DNA of 64,000 nt from positions 384,001-448,000 of the forward strand of contig JAEOUA010000006.1 of NCBI GenBank assembly GCA_016839555.1, written 5' to 3'. Below the pieces are notes generated by a model. It saw nothing but the letters and a program-made list of their open reading frames with translations, ran no database searches and was not told where the DNA came from. This document shows, piece by piece, positions 28,115 through 38,245 of the stretch; the stretch's first letter is position 1, and every line of letters starts with the position of its first letter. The translations under genes were made by a program, and so were the position numbers. The DNA is from Promethearchaeota archaeon. Its GTDB lineage: Archaea > Asgardarchaeota > Lokiarchaeia > Sigyniarchaeales > SOKP01.

Positions 28115-28603
28115 TTAATTTTGATCTTCCAGATATAGAAAATTTAGTTCTCCACCCGCTTCTTCGATTTTTTCAATCGCTTTTTTACTCGCTTTTTCTA
28201 CAGTTATGTTTACTTTTTTGTTTATTTCTCCTCTTCCCAGAAGTTTTTGAATATTAATCTCATCCAAATTTATAGTATACATATCTCCCGATTTTGAAGC
28301 TTTTTTCTGTTGTACATATTTATTAAGATTTAAATCCAAATCTTTTACATTTAGAGAATTGATGTGGGAGAGTCGAACCATATCTTGAGGGCGTTTAAAG
28401 CCCTTTTTACCCAATTTCCAATCGGGATCTGGAAAGCCAAGTTCCTTTTGTTTGAGATAATAACTTTTCATACTTTTTTTCAATTGTGTCGTTTTACCCC
28501 GTCCTGCGCGTTGTCCAGTTTTTCGATGTTGGCCAACCCGACCATAGCCCATGGTCCTATTTCCTCTTTTTTTCTGAGACTTCTTTTTATATTTTCGTGT
28601 CAT
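28115..28603 (-). CDS. rpl15: 50S ribosomal protein uL15
   Basis: RGNRTMGYGRVGQHR, KLLGRG, KAIEKIEEAGG. Confidence 0.96.
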   Translation of the reverse strand: MTRKYKKKSQKKRGNRTMGYGRVGQHRKTGQRAGRGKTTQLKKSMKSYYLKQKELGFPDPDWKLGKKGFKRPQDMVRLSHINSLNVKDLDLNLNKYVQQKKASKSGDMYTINLDEINIQKLLGRGEINKKVNITVEKASKKAIEKIEEAGGELNFLYLEDQN

Positions 28604-28616
28604 TTTTCATTCCTCT

Positions 28617-29165
28617 TTACATCATTTTATGAATTAGTTGATTGATATACACGCCAACATAACCAAGAGTACCTCCTTCATTGAAATGTTTTTTTATGGA
28701 TCCTAAATGTCCTCCTTTAGGCGGATGTAATCTGAAGACAGGTTTAATTTTATGGATGTATTTATTATGATATTTAATTTTACCTTCAATTAAATTATTC
28801 GCTAAATCTTTAATATTTTTATAATCAGTATATTTACGAAGATATTCATCTGTGAGTGGTTTATTACCCTCAACTTTTCCTCGAGTCCTTAAAAGTCTAA
28901 CGAGTGTTTTTTTATCAACTTCACCAAAACAAATATAACTATTAACTTTTAGAAGCATTCCTAATTGACTTTTTACACCCCATACGAGCACTGCATGGTT
29001 TACTTTATGCATTCGTAGCATTTTAAGTGTATCTTCATTTTTCTTACTCATTCTTGGGGCACCTCTAATACGAATTGCCATATATAGCTGGGGAGCTTCT
29101 ATCTGGTTTAAGTTAATTTTTAGCTTCTTCCTACTTATTATGTCATTAGCCATCATATTCTCCAC
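28617..29165 (-). CDS. rpl30: 50S ribosomal protein uL30
   Basis: AIRIRG, KPVFRLHPPKGG, GGTLGY. Confidence 0.96.
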   Translation of the reverse strand: MENMMANDIISRKKLKINLNQIEAPQLYMAIRIRGAPRMSKKNEDTLKMLRMHKVNHAVLVWGVKSQLGMLLKVNSYICFGEVDKKTLVRLLRTRGKVEGNKPLTDEYLRKYTDYKNIKDLANNLIEGKIKYHNKYIHKIKPVFRLHPPKGGHLGSIKKHFNEGGTLGYVGVYINQLIHKMM

Positions 29166-29177
29166 TCTATGTAAATA

Positions 29178-29795
29178 TTATACATTAAAATTGTATTTAT
29201 GAGCGTTTTTTAAAGCATTAAAAGTCGCTTTAACTAGGTTTTCACTTGTTCGTGTATCACCGAAAGTTTTAGACCAAATATCTTCAATTCCCGCTAGTTT
29301 CAAAACTTGCTTTACTTTATCTGCACAAGCGAGACCAATACCTGCAGGAGCAGGAATTAATTGAACTTTTACAGAACCACATTTTCCTTCCGTTTTAAAT
29401 GGAATACTATGATTTCCTCCACAGCCACACTCAATACTGCCACAACCTCTTAATACGGGAACAACAGCTAATTTCGCTCTATCTATTGCCTTACGGATGG
29501 CGGGTCCAACTTCCTTATTTTTTGCGCTACCATAACCTAAAAATCCATCAGCTCCTACAATAACAACCGCTTTAAATCGTGATTTTTGTCCACTAGCAGT
29601 CATTTGCTGAACCATTTTAATAGTAATAACATCTTCCTCGAGTTGTGGTAGAAGTTGGTCAATAACTTCCTTTTCCTTCACAACTAAATTATTTTGAAAT
29701 ATTTTATCAATTGTGATTAAACCTTGTTGGACAAGCTCGCCTAATTTTGTTTTAGGGATCCACAGATCCTCAGCTTCTTTTCGACGTCTGCTCAT
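29178..29795 (-). CDS. rps5: 30S ribosomal protein uS5
   Basis: WIPKTKLG, RGCGS.ECGCG..HSIPF, LIPAP.G.GL. Confidence 0.97.
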   Translation of the reverse strand: MSRRRKEAEDLWIPKTKLGELVQQGLITIDKIFQNNLVVKEKEVIDQLLPQLEEDVITIKMVQQMTASGQKSRFKAVVIVGADGFLGYGSAKNKEVGPAIRKAIDRAKLAVVPVLRGCGSIECGCGGNHSIPFKTEGKCGSVKVQLIPAPAGIGLACADKVKQVLKLAGIEDIWSKTFGDTRTSENLVKATFNALKNAHKYNFNV

Positions 29796-29802
29796 TTTTT
29801 TA

Positions 29803-30396
29803 TTAATTGTTTGATTTTATACTTTCAAATGTAGTTTTAAAAATTTTTGTAAAATTTTCAGGATTAATATCTTTTTTCTTTAGATATCCTGAGAACACCT
29901 CTTGGTATTTTTCTGGTTGTTGTTTTTTTAATAATTTAGCATAATCTTCTATATGAGAACCATTATACCTATTTTCTAAACTTTCTGGAAAAAATTTCTC
30001 ACGATAAGGGATATTCATCCCAGTATCAATTATCCCTTTAAAAGCGGCAAGCACGCGGTTTTTATGATAAAAAATACCTAAATCAAGGATAGCTTCTTTT
30101 ATTCCCGCTTTTTTAGCACGTATACCTGCTAAATATCCTGTTAAATATGATGCGGGTATATTACCTGTATTAGCTTGCCAATTAAAATTATTAGATAGTT
30201 CTTTTGAGTTTGCAGAGCTAATAACTTCGTCTCCTCCAAATTTTGACTTGATAAATTGAACTTCAATATGATTTAAAGAAGCTCTAATAATTGCTCTTAA
30301 TTTTTTTGATTTTATTAATTTTAATCTCTTTTTATAATTTGTATTTCCCTCAATTCTTCTGCGTAAAGGTAGACGGTGTCTGGGACCTTTTGCCAT
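29803..30396 (-). CDS. rpl18: 50S ribosomal protein uL18
   Basis: RRRIEGNTNYKKRL, GNIPASYLTG, AILDLG, GSHIEDYA. Confidence 0.97.
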   Translation of the reverse strand: MAKGPRHRLPLRRRIEGNTNYKKRLKLIKSKKLRAIIRASLNHIEVQFIKSKFGGDEVISSANSKELSNNFNWQANTGNIPASYLTGYLAGIRAKKAGIKEAILDLGIFYHKNRVLAAFKGIIDTGMNIPYREKFFPESLENRYNGSHIEDYAKLLKKQQPEKYQEVFSGYLKKKDINPENFTKIFKTTFESIKSNN

Positions 30397-30400
30397 ATAA

Positions 30401-30856
30401 TTATCGACCTCTCCTTATTAAATCATGTTCATTAATATATCGATTTAAATGGGCAACATTATTAAACATCCCACCTTTTGCTTTTTTATAGAGCTCACGA
30501 TAAGTAGTTTTAGTAATAATCTTTCTATCCCGCAATTTTTTTAAGGTCCTACGAAGTGGACGGATACGCTTCATCCATGCTTGCTTTTTTGGAGTTCTTG
30601 CTTTTTTAGCACCCTTTCTTTTTCCTAATCCTGTACCAAGACCCTTCTTCTTTCGTTTATGTTGTAATTTTTGTCTATAATTAGAAGTGCCTTTTTTGTA
30701 TTCTTTTCTAATAATTCCTTCCTTTATTAAATTGCGTATATCTTCTCTCGTGATAGCCATCTTAATTTCATCTAGGAAATATGGATCGAAATACACTCGA
30801 TTTTCTCCGCAGTTTAAAATTTCTGCAGCCATCCTTTTTTGCGCACTTACATTCAT
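30401..30856 (-). CDS. rpl19e: 50S ribosomal protein eL19
   Basis: QKRMAAEILNCGENRV, GKRKG.K.AR, YKKAKGGMF. Confidence 0.97.
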   Translation of the reverse strand: MNVSAQKRMAAEILNCGENRVYFDPYFLDEIKMAITREDIRNLIKEGIIRKEYKKGTSNYRQKLQHKRKKKGLGTGLGKRKGAKKARTPKKQAWMKRIRPLRRTLKKLRDRKIITKTTYRELYKKAKGGMFNNVAHLNRYINEHDLIRRGR

Positions 30857-30922
30857 TTCAATTCAGTTTTAATAATATTGTATAGTTTTAATTAAAATAT
30901 TATTTTTTATGATGTATTCTTA

Positions 30923-31390
30923 TTAATCTTCTTCCACTAATTCTTCTTCATCTATATCAGGAATCTCTCCCTCTATAATTGCTTCCAACTCTTCAAGTTC
31001 TCTTTGTGAGATTCCAACATTCAATATTTTAAATCCTTTATTTCGTGCAAAATCTATTAGAGGAATTCTCTTTCGAGCCCCTATTCTCCTCGATATTTTT
31101 ATAGCATGGCGTTTCGGATTCAAATCTTCTAAATCTTGTTTGGTAATCACTCTTACTTCCTCATATCCAGAAGGATGAATACCTCTTATTTCTTTAGGAG
31201 TTCGATATCCTATATTAGGTGATTTCACTCCGGATTTTGTTTTTTTCCTCGTTTTAGAATCAATACCTCTGGCTTTTCTCCATGAATCTTTAACCCTCTT
31301 ATATCTCCAAGATTCAACTCTTCTAAATTCTGGTCGTTTCTTTTTCATTTTTTTTCGCAGTTCCAATAATTTCTCTTTAGAACGATTCAT
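30923..31390 (-). CDS. rpl32e: 50S ribosomal protein eL32
   Basis: WRKARGIDSK.R, GYRTPK..RG.HPSG. Confidence 0.97.
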   Translation of the reverse strand: MNRSKEKLLELRKKMKKKRPEFRRVESWRYKRVKDSWRKARGIDSKTRKKTKSGVKSPNIGYRTPKEIRGIHPSGYEEVRVITKQDLEDLNPKRHAIKISRRIGARKRIPLIDFARNKGFKILNVGISQRELEELEAIIEGEIPDIDEEELVEED

Positions 31391-31412
31391 AATTTTACAC
31401 CTTTTAATGGTT

Positions 31413-32000
31413 TTATCTTATCTCCCATAAAACTTGATCTCCATGCAATATTTTATAAAGATATACTCCATCTTGATAAATTCTTGGGTCTTTTTTGCGA
31501 ATCCTACATATTTTTTTAATATTTGCTGCGGTTTGACCTAATATTTCTTTGTCAGGACCAATTAAATGGACATCTTCTCCTTTTACTTCAACATCCAATT
31601 TTGTTGGATCATATTTAACTTTTCTCGGCGCACGTTCCCCTAAAAAATTAATAATCCGGATTTCTTTTTTCTGAGGGTCTGCTTCAACAGAACAGGGGAA
31701 ATGAGAATAGCAGACTTTAGAAATATAATGATAATTTGTTGTGATTCCTTTCATTAAATTTTGAATAATATTGATAATAGTGTTAGCTAATGCAACTGTT
31801 GAGCTTTTCGGGAAATGAGCTTTAAAAATTAATTTATTCTTTTCTTTTTCAATAGAAATACCTCTAATATGGGAAAAATCTTTTGAGACGGAACCATTGG
31901 GGCCTTCTATTTCTATATAATGATTTTCACCTAATTTTACTTGTACCCCTTCCGGTATTTCTATTTCCTCCTTAAATAATGCTTGTTTTACCATAGTCAT
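31413..32000 (-). CDS. rpl6: 50S ribosomal protein uL6
   Basis: YSHFP, NFLGERAPR, KDPRIYQDGVY. Confidence 0.97.
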   Translation of the reverse strand: MTMVKQALFKEEIEIPEGVQVKLGENHYIEIEGPNGSVSKDFSHIRGISIEKEKNKLIFKAHFPKSSTVALANTIINIIQNLMKGITTNYHYISKVCYSHFPCSVEADPQKKEIRIINFLGERAPRKVKYDPTKLDVEVKGEDVHLIGPDKEILGQTAANIKKICRIRKKDPRIYQDGVYLYKILHGDQVLWEIR

Positions 32001-32013
32001 TCATCATTTCATT

Positions 32014-32400
32014 TTAATAAATTACCGCTAGAGTTTGGCCCCCGATGTGCTTTTCTTCTGCCTCTTTCATAGTCATTATACCTTGATTGGTACTTAAAAT
32101 AATGATACCTAATCCAGGTGCAGGAAGAAGTTCCCGTTCTAACGATTCATACTGTTCTAATCTATAATTTAATCGTAATAGCGCCTTACACTCATTAACT
32201 CTTCCCAGTAAGGCAATTTTAAATTTTCCTTGCCTCCCATCATCATACCGTTCAAATTCCCCAATATACGCATATTGTTGTAATATTCGGAGGATACGTT
32301 GAACCAATTTAGAGGCAGGATAAACGATCACCTCCTTATGACGTGCACTTTCAGCATTTTTTATCTGAACAAGGCAATTTGCCAGAGTGCGATTTCCCAT
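32014..32400 (-). CDS. rps8: 30S ribosomal protein uS8
   Basis: YIGEFE..DDGRQG, LLPA..G..ILSTNQG. Confidence 0.97.
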   Translation of the reverse strand: MGNRTLANCLVQIKNAESARHKEVIVYPASKLVQRILRILQQYAYIGEFERYDDGRQGKFKIALLGRVNECKALLRLNYRLEQYESLERELLPAPGLGIIILSTNQGIMTMKEAEEKHIGGQTLAVIY

Positions 32401-32443
32401 TCAAATCATCTCAGTTTTTCTTATTTTTTTGATTTTTTTATCT

Positions 32444-32593
32444 CTAACTATACCGCTTAAATCCTATTTCACTAGCGATTTCATAGAAGCATCTTCGGCA
32501 TATGTTTATCCCATATCTTCGAATGATGCCTTGATGAGAACCACATCGCCTACATACCCGCTGACCTTTTCCTTGTTTACCTCCTTGCGGCAT
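32444..32593 (-). CDS. rps14: 30S ribosomal protein uS14 (Zn-binding; missed by the ORF track)
   Basis: Hand translation MPQGGKQGKGQRVCRRCGSHQGIIRRYGINICRRCFYEIASEIGFKRYS; sits between rpl5 and rps8. Confidence 0.96.
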   Translation of the reverse strand: MPQGGKQGKGQRVCRRCGSHQGIIRRYGINICRRCFYEIASEIGFKRYS

Positions 32594-32632
32594 TTTTAAA
32601 TCTTCTCAGTTTATTTTTTATTATTAGTTTTC

Positions 32633-33220
32633 TTAATATTCCCTTTCAATCTTTTCAACTACTTGTAAATTAAAGAATTTTTGTAAAAAGTATTGTGTTT
32701 CTTCCCGAGAAACGTAATGTTCTCTTGGAATTTTTGCTTTATGGGCCTTTCTATATCTTACACGCATACCTGGTCGGACTACGCGTCCCATTACATCGAG
32801 TCCCCATATCCCGACAAGATTATCATATTCCACGCCTGGAATAGAAATATGCTCTTTAATACCAAAACCAAAATTACCGTAATCATCAAAACTGCTTCTC
32901 TTTATTCGATTATTATTAATAATCAATAATCTTTTAAAAAGTTCTACTGCCTCTTCATTTCTAACTGTAACTTTCACTCCAATAGGTCTTCCTTTTCTTA
33001 AATTGAATTCTTTTATATTTTTCCGAGAAAGTGTTTTTTTCGGCGTCCTCCCTGTAATAGTTTCTAATACCGTAGCAGCACGTTCCAGTTCCTCACCACC
33101 GCTACCAACTCCTATATTTAACACCACCTTTTCTAAATATGGTTTTCTCATAGGATTATTCCACTTTTTGTCATAATCATTTAATTCTGGTTGTTTCTTT
33201 TTTTTTGTTTTTGAGGACAT
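32633..33220 (-). CDS. rpl5: 50S ribosomal protein uL5
   Basis: NPMRKP.LEKVVLNIGVG, FDDYGNFGFGIKEHI. Confidence 0.97.
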   Translation of the reverse strand: MSSKTKKKKQPELNDYDKKWNNPMRKPYLEKVVLNIGVGSGGEELERAATVLETITGRTPKKTLSRKNIKEFNLRKGRPIGVKVTVRNEEAVELFKRLLIINNNRIKRSSFDDYGNFGFGIKEHISIPGVEYDNLVGIWGLDVMGRVVRPGMRVRYRKAHKAKIPREHYVSREETQYFLQKFFNLQVVEKIEREY

Positions 33221-33244
33221 TTATTATATTCCCTTTTTTTGGTT

Positions 33245-34003
33245 TTAATCATTAATTCTTTGTGGTAAATCAATTTCTGGTTGATCTTCACCCACAACAA
33301 AAGTGTAATCATACAGAGTTTCTGTATGTGTACCATCTCTCTCAATTGAAACGAGAGAAGCTTTTGGTCCAAATCGTTTTTCTATTTTCGTAATTTTCCC
33401 CAATATTCCGATATTTTTACCGGCCATAATTAAGGCTAAATTATTTTCTTTAAATTCAAGTTTTTTTAGGATATCTTGATCGGGTAGGGAAATTTTTAAT
33501 ACATCCATACACTTATACATATCTTCTTCCGGTTCTTTAGGATCTTTTACATGAATTAAGATATTTCTTCCATCATGAAGGTTTAATTGAATATTCCCCC
33601 CTTTTACCGTAGTTTTATGATCTATTCGACAAAGTTTAGTCAGACTCTCCTCTTCTGGAATCTTGTGTAATATTAATCCATAATGAGAATCCGGAACGAT
33701 TCGATAATGGGTGTTTGTCTCATCAATAGATAAGACATCCATTAGTCCAACCGGAAATCTTCCCTCTGTTACTTTTTTTCTGTCGATCTTAAAATAACCT
33801 AAACCAATAAGTTTCTTCGCTTCTCTATGATTATCTACTATTTCTAAAAGATCTCTTACAATATGAAGCAATGGTAAGCAAAACCGTTTTGGATGAGGCC
33901 CAGGTAATGGATTTACAAGAAATTTTCCGTGCTTTCGCTCGATTTGAAGATATTTGGGGGTATTTAGCCTTTTTAAGTGCTTAGATCCGCCATGACGAGT
34001 CAT
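33245..34003 (-). CDS. rps4e: 30S ribosomal protein eS4
   Basis: KHLKRL, PGPH, FPVGLMDV, QLNLHDGRN. Confidence 0.97.
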   Translation of the reverse strand: MTRHGGSKHLKRLNTPKYLQIERKHGKFLVNPLPGPHPKRFCLPLLHIVRDLLEIVDNHREAKKLIGLGYFKIDRKKVTEGRFPVGLMDVLSIDETNTHYRIVPDSHYGLILHKIPEEESLTKLCRIDHKTTVKGGNIQLNLHDGRNILIHVKDPKEPEEDMYKCMDVLKISLPDQDILKKLEFKENNLALIMAGKNIGILGKITKIEKRFGPKASLVSIERDGTHTETLYDYTFVVGEDQPEIDLPQRIND

Positions 34004-34030
34004 TTTTTTAATTTCACCTTAATTTTATAA

Positions 34031-34453
34031 TTATTTTTTCGGTCCCTCTAGTGCTTCTTTCCATTTAAATCCGAAAACAGACTTTCTATCAATCATATGC
34101 GCACGCCAAGGGTCCATGTTCTTCTCTTCTTTAAATTTAGTTATAATTACATTTGAAACATGAATAGAAGGATTCCATTCAGTTCCATCAGCTTTTTCAA
34201 ACGCAGCTTCCTTAATTTTTACGCGAAGATTTTTAGTTATCTCGGTAATCTCCCCCTCAAACGCTTTAAATTCGCCTTTGACAATTCTCACATGGTCGCC
34301 AACTCTTACTGGAAGCGTTCTTACACCATAATCTTCTTGAAGAAAGTCAGCTAATCTTGCCCTTAAAAGCTTCGAGCGCTGATGATTTTTATAATTAAAA
34401 AGCGCTTTTCTTTGCTTCTTTGGTTTTTTTGAGGTTACTTTCAATTTGGACAC
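34031..34453 (-). CDS. rpl24: 50S ribosomal protein uL24
   Basis: KPKKQRK, VRVGD.V.IVKG.FK..EG, IHVSNVII; GTG start. Confidence 0.96.
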   Translation of the reverse strand: MSKLKVTSKKPKKQRKALFNYKNHQRSKLLRARLADFLQEDYGVRTLPVRVGDHVRIVKGEFKAFEGEITEITKNLRVKIKEAAFEKADGTEWNPSIHVSNVIITKFKEEKNMDPWRAHMIDRKSVFGFKWKEALEGPKK

Positions 34454-34750
34454 TTGCGTATGTTTATATTATTATTTCATTTTATAAACGGAATAGTGAA
34501 GAAAACCACATTCCAATTTATTTTAAAGTTTTGTAAACACTATAATTAATATTACTATGTATCTAATTTAGTTTATAATTAAATTTTAATTTTATGGATA
34601 AAGATTGTAAAAAAGAGTTCTAAACGATAAACTTTATAAGGGAATATTTGAAAAATTGAGTTTATAAGATTTACTCTTTATTTTTTGTCGATAAAAGAGA
34701 AATCTTTAGAGGGGATATGAAGAACTACTAAAACCTTATTTTAATTTGGA

Positions 34751-35185
34751 TTAAATAATAAGTGAGCTAATGCTAGCTAATCGAGGAAAAGTTTCTGCCG
34801 CCTCTCGAGCTATAGGACCTCTAATTTCCGTCCCCTTGGGCTCTCCTTCTTTTGATACAATTACTCCTGCATTATCTTCGAAACAGAGGCGTGTTCCATC
34901 AATTCTTCTATAAATCCTACGCTGTCGAACGATTACGCATTTCAGGATGTTACCTCTCAGCTCGGGTTTTCCTTTCCTAATTGTGACCGTACAAATGTCC
35001 CCAACTGTAGCTGCGGGGAGTCTTCTCTGTCGTGTTTTTTTATGATCTACATTAATTATTTTTGCAATTTTGGCACCAGAGTTATCGGTAATAAATACTT
35101 TAGAACCGTTCATGAGACCGTAGCTAGTTTTTGGCTTAACGATCTTCTTTCTTCCCAATTTTCGTCTTGTTCCTATTTTAACCAC
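34751..35185 (-). CDS. rpl14: 50S ribosomal protein uL14
   Basis: DNSGAK, VIVRQR..YRR.DG..L.FEDNAGVI. Confidence 0.97.
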   Translation of the reverse strand: MVKIGTRRKLGRKKIVKPKTSYGLMNGSKVFITDNSGAKIAKIINVDHKKTRQRRLPAATVGDICTVTIRKGKPELRGNILKCVIVRQRRIYRRIDGTRLCFEDNAGVIVSKEGEPKGTEIRGPIAREAAETFPRLASISSLII

Positions 35186-35531
35186 CTACTTTTTGGACCT
35201 TGTTTAATACTACAAATGCTTTTGTTTTGGATATTTTTCTGCTTTCTCCTACAATTACTGTATCTCCGACTTCAATCATATCTTCTAAACACGAAGGTAA
35301 ATGACACGCTAATCTTGAGTTTCTACGTTCATAGCGTTGATATTTTGGTACAAATTGTACATAATCAAATCTAATAATTACTGAATTATGAGACTTTTTG
35401 GAAACTACTAATCCTTTTGTGATTTTTCCTCTAATTCTGATAGTTCCGTGAAAGGGGCAGTTTGGATCATTACAGTCTTCTGCCTTTACATTGGGAGGAG
35501 TCACATTTGGAATACCAATATTTCTACTCAT
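35178..35531 (-). CDS. rps17: 30S ribosomal protein uS17
   Basis: CNDPNCPFHG..RIRG, PKYQRYERR, ISKTKAFVV. Confidence 0.97.
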   Translation of the reverse strand: MSRNIGIPNVTPPNVKAEDCNDPNCPFHGTIRIRGKITKGLVVSKKSHNSVIIRFDYVQFVPKYQRYERRNSRLACHLPSCLEDMIEVGDTVIVGESRKISKTKAFVVLNKVQKVGG

Positions 35532-35857
35532 TTTCTAAACCTTTTTTTCTTTTTCAAATGTCTTAATCGATTTTCAGGACGTCCAACAATTTTAGAACCA
35601 TCAACTTCTAACAGATGGGTTTTGGTATCCTGATTTATATTCGGAATTTTAATTCGAAATATGTAATTTTTTTTTATGAATTTTTTAATATTATTATTGA
35701 GAGTTTTTATATATAAGAGGTTTTCTGTATCGTTAATGATTATTCCGCTATATTTAAAGTTTTTGCTTTCTTTTTTTTTTGATTTTAGTTTCACATAAGC
35801 TTCAAAACCAATTAAATCATGATAGATTAAATATTTTGGATTTACATTAAGGTTCAT
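35528..35857 (-). CDS. rnp1: Ribonuclease P protein Rpp29/Pop4
   Basis: HDLIG...G.IIN.T.N...VDG.KIVGRPE.R; canonical operon position. Confidence 0.9.
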   Translation of the reverse strand: MNLNVNPKYLIYHDLIGFEAYVKLKSKKKESKNFKYSGIIINDTENLLYIKTLNNNIKKFIKKNYIFRIKIPNINQDTKTHLLEVDGSKIVGRPENRLRHLKKKKRFRK

Positions 35858-36065
35858 TTTTTAATTTTTCTTGTTTTTCCTCATTAATAACTGTCAAGAT
35901 CCTCGCGATTTGCTTTCGCAACATTTTTGCTTTGGCGGGATTATCTGAAACACCTCCGCCGGTTTGAGTGCTATATAACATCATCAACTCTTCCCGCAAA
36001 TCTACTAATGCTCTTCTTTTTTCTCGATAATCCATTTTTCTGATTTCTGATGTTTTTAGAACCAT
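35847..36065 (-). CDS. rpl29: 50S ribosomal protein uL29
   Basis: EIRKM...NP.K...LRKQIARILT. Confidence 0.95.
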   Translation of the reverse strand: MVLKTSEIRKMDYREKRRALVDLREELMMLYSTQTGGGVSDNPAKAKMLRKQIARILTVINEEKQEKLKNEP

Positions 36066-36101
36066 TTTAAATCATTCTATCAGTAATATAATTAATAATT
36101 A

Positions 36102-36929
36102 TTATGGTTTTTTTTTATTTTTTATTTCTTCTTCCATATCTTCATTCTCTTCGGGAGATTCAATTGAAACTTCTGAAATATCCTCTTCATCAACTTCATC
36201 CAGTAATTCTTGATCTTCTAAACTCAGTTCTTCTTCAATCTCCTCCACTAAATATTCACCAGCCCTTAGTTTTTCCGCTTTTGTTTTTGGTTTCTTAGCT
36301 TCAATTTCTTGTTGCTTTTTCTTTAGTAATTCCTCTTTAATTTTTACTTCATCACCAGTATCATAATCGGCATTGAAAATCTTTACAATAATCCCTAATG
36401 TTCCTGATTTTTGAATACATTGTGCAACACCTTTATCTACAGCAATTTGAGCTGGATAACCACTTTTTTTCATTGTTCCCGACCGAAATATTTGCGTTCG
36501 GGCTCTTTGAGAAGTTACTTTTCCAGAGATTCTGATTTCTACTCCTTTCGCACCCGCATCTATTATTCTGCGAAGGATATAATATCCTGCCCTTCTATAA
36601 TGTCTTCCTCTGTCTAATGAATATGCTAATCGTTCAGCCATGATTTGCGCATCTAAACTGGGATTTTCGATTTCTTCGACCTCAATCTGGGGTCGTTCAA
36701 GGTTAAATTTATTTTCAAGCGTTTCCGTTATTTCTTGAATACGTTTCCCCCCCTTTCCTATAACTAAACCCGGGCGGGAGGTTTTTAACGTAATACGTAC
36801 TCCAAGAGGTGTTTTCTGGAAGTCGATACCGGAAAATCCTGCTCTTACAAGTTCAGAACGCAGATACTCATTTATTTGCATTAATTTTATACCTTGCTCG
36901 ATAAAATGTTTGGCGAGGGGCATTAGCAT
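36102..36929 (-). CDS. rps3: 30S ribosomal protein uS3 (acidic C-terminal tail)
   Basis: RPGLVIGKGGKRI, GAKGVEI.ISGK...RAR. Confidence 0.97.
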   Translation of the reverse strand: MLMPLAKHFIEQGIKLMQINEYLRSELVRAGFSGIDFQKTPLGVRITLKTSRPGLVIGKGGKRIQEITETLENKFNLERPQIEVEEIENPSLDAQIMAERLAYSLDRGRHYRRAGYYILRRIIDAGAKGVEIRISGKVTSQRARTQIFRSGTMKKSGYPAQIAVDKGVAQCIQKSGTLGIIVKIFNADYDTGDEVKIKEELLKKKQQEIEAKKPKTKAEKLRAGEYLVEEIEEELSLEDQELLDEVDEEDISEVSIESPEENEDMEEEIKNKKKP

Positions 36930-36994
36930 TCACCGATTTTTTTTATACTCATTTTAATAAATCTTTTTGATAAATTTTTAATTTTATTTTTGGA

Positions 36995-37474
36995 TTAAGA
37001 AGGAAATTCATACACTACTATTTCTACATGAGAAAGATGCTTGTAACTTGCAGTAGACCGACCATAAGCGCGCTCTATATATCTTTTTATTATTCTTCCT
37101 CGTTGCGTTGCGGCATGAATTATGCGACAGTAATCTATATCCAAACCTTTAAATTCTGCATTTGATTCTACTTGAGTCAAGATTTCATAAATTCTTGCAG
37201 CTGCTTTTTTGGGATATCTTCCCGCATACCAATTGAATTTTTTTAAGTCTTTTTTATGAGCGACCTTTTTTTTATGGCGTCGAAATGGCACCGATTGCTT
37301 TAATCGAATTACTTTTTCTAAAAATGTTTTTGCTTCATCGATATACATTCCTTTAATAACATCGCATATTTCTCTTGCATGTTTTGGCTTAATACGTAAA
37401 TCTCTTCCGCTAGCTTTTGCTAATCGTTCTGAATCATATTTCTCTTCTGCAAAAGAGTATCCCCAGTTTGGCAT
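36995..37474 (-). CDS. rpl22: 50S ribosomal protein uL22
   Basis: VPFRRH, GRYPKKAA, NAEFKGLD, RAYGR. Confidence 0.97.
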   Translation of the reverse strand: MPNWGYSFAEEKYDSERLAKASGRDLRIKPKHAREICDVIKGMYIDEAKTFLEKVIRLKQSVPFRRHKKKVAHKKDLKKFNWYAGRYPKKAAARIYEILTQVESNAEFKGLDIDYCRIIHAATQRGRIIKRYIERAYGRSTASYKHLSHVEIVVYEFPS

Positions 37475-37513
37475 TGATTTAATCCACTTTTATTTTTTAT
37501 TATTAATAATTGA

Positions 37514-38038
37514 TTATTTTAACGGAACATATTTAGAACTTCGAGTAGCTCCAATTCCAGGAGTACCATGTTCTACTCTCTTCCTGGTGGGTGAAAATTC
37601 TCCTAAAAAATGTCCTATCATATCAGGTTTAATTTCTACTACATTATAATCAAGTCCATTGTAAACACCAATCGTAAGGCCCACCATTTCGGGAAAGACT
37701 AACATATCTCTGACGTGGGTTCGAGTAAGTAAATCCTTTCCATGCTTTTTGGCGCGATAGGCTCTTCTTAATCGTTCAAGAAGCTTTTTCTGTCTGGGTG
37801 GGAGTCCTCGCTTTAGAGAGCGTCTTGCTCTTGCTGGCAATAATTGTATAAAGGTATCCATATTCATTTTCTTTAATTCTTCTAAGGTATATCCACGATA
37901 ATGAAATTTTAATCTCTCTAGTTCCTTTTCGGCATCCAGATCCTCTTTTTCTGAGGGTTCCTTTCCCTCCGGTTCTTCTTCAAGGTCTTCTTCGGAATCC
38001 TCTAGTTCCTCTTCGTTAATCTCTTCATCTGGAGTCAT
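37514..38038 (-). CDS. rps19: 30S ribosomal protein uS19 (acidic N-terminal extension)
   Basis: [39 protein letters not shown]. Confidence 0.97.
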   Translation of the reverse strand: MTPDEEINEEELEDSEEDLEEEPEGKEPSEKEDLDAEKELERLKFHYRGYTLEELKKMNMDTFIQLLPARARRSLKRGLPPRQKKLLERLRRAYRAKKHGKDLLTRTHVRDMLVFPEMVGLTIGVYNGLDYNVVEIKPDMIGHFLGEFSPTRKRVEHGTPGIGATRSSKYVPLK

Positions 38039-38245
38039 TTTCTCATCAAATTGTGTTATCTCAATAAAGATCGTTCCATTAATTGTTTGTTAAATATAAT
38101 AATCTGTGTATTAATAATTCAATTAAATTTTTTAATTTAATTGATTTTGATAAAAAAAGAACTTCTAGAATGTTTAAAATCATAAAATTTTTATAGTATT
38201 ATTAAATCCTTTTTTATTTTCCCAATTAAACATTTTTAAATGGTT

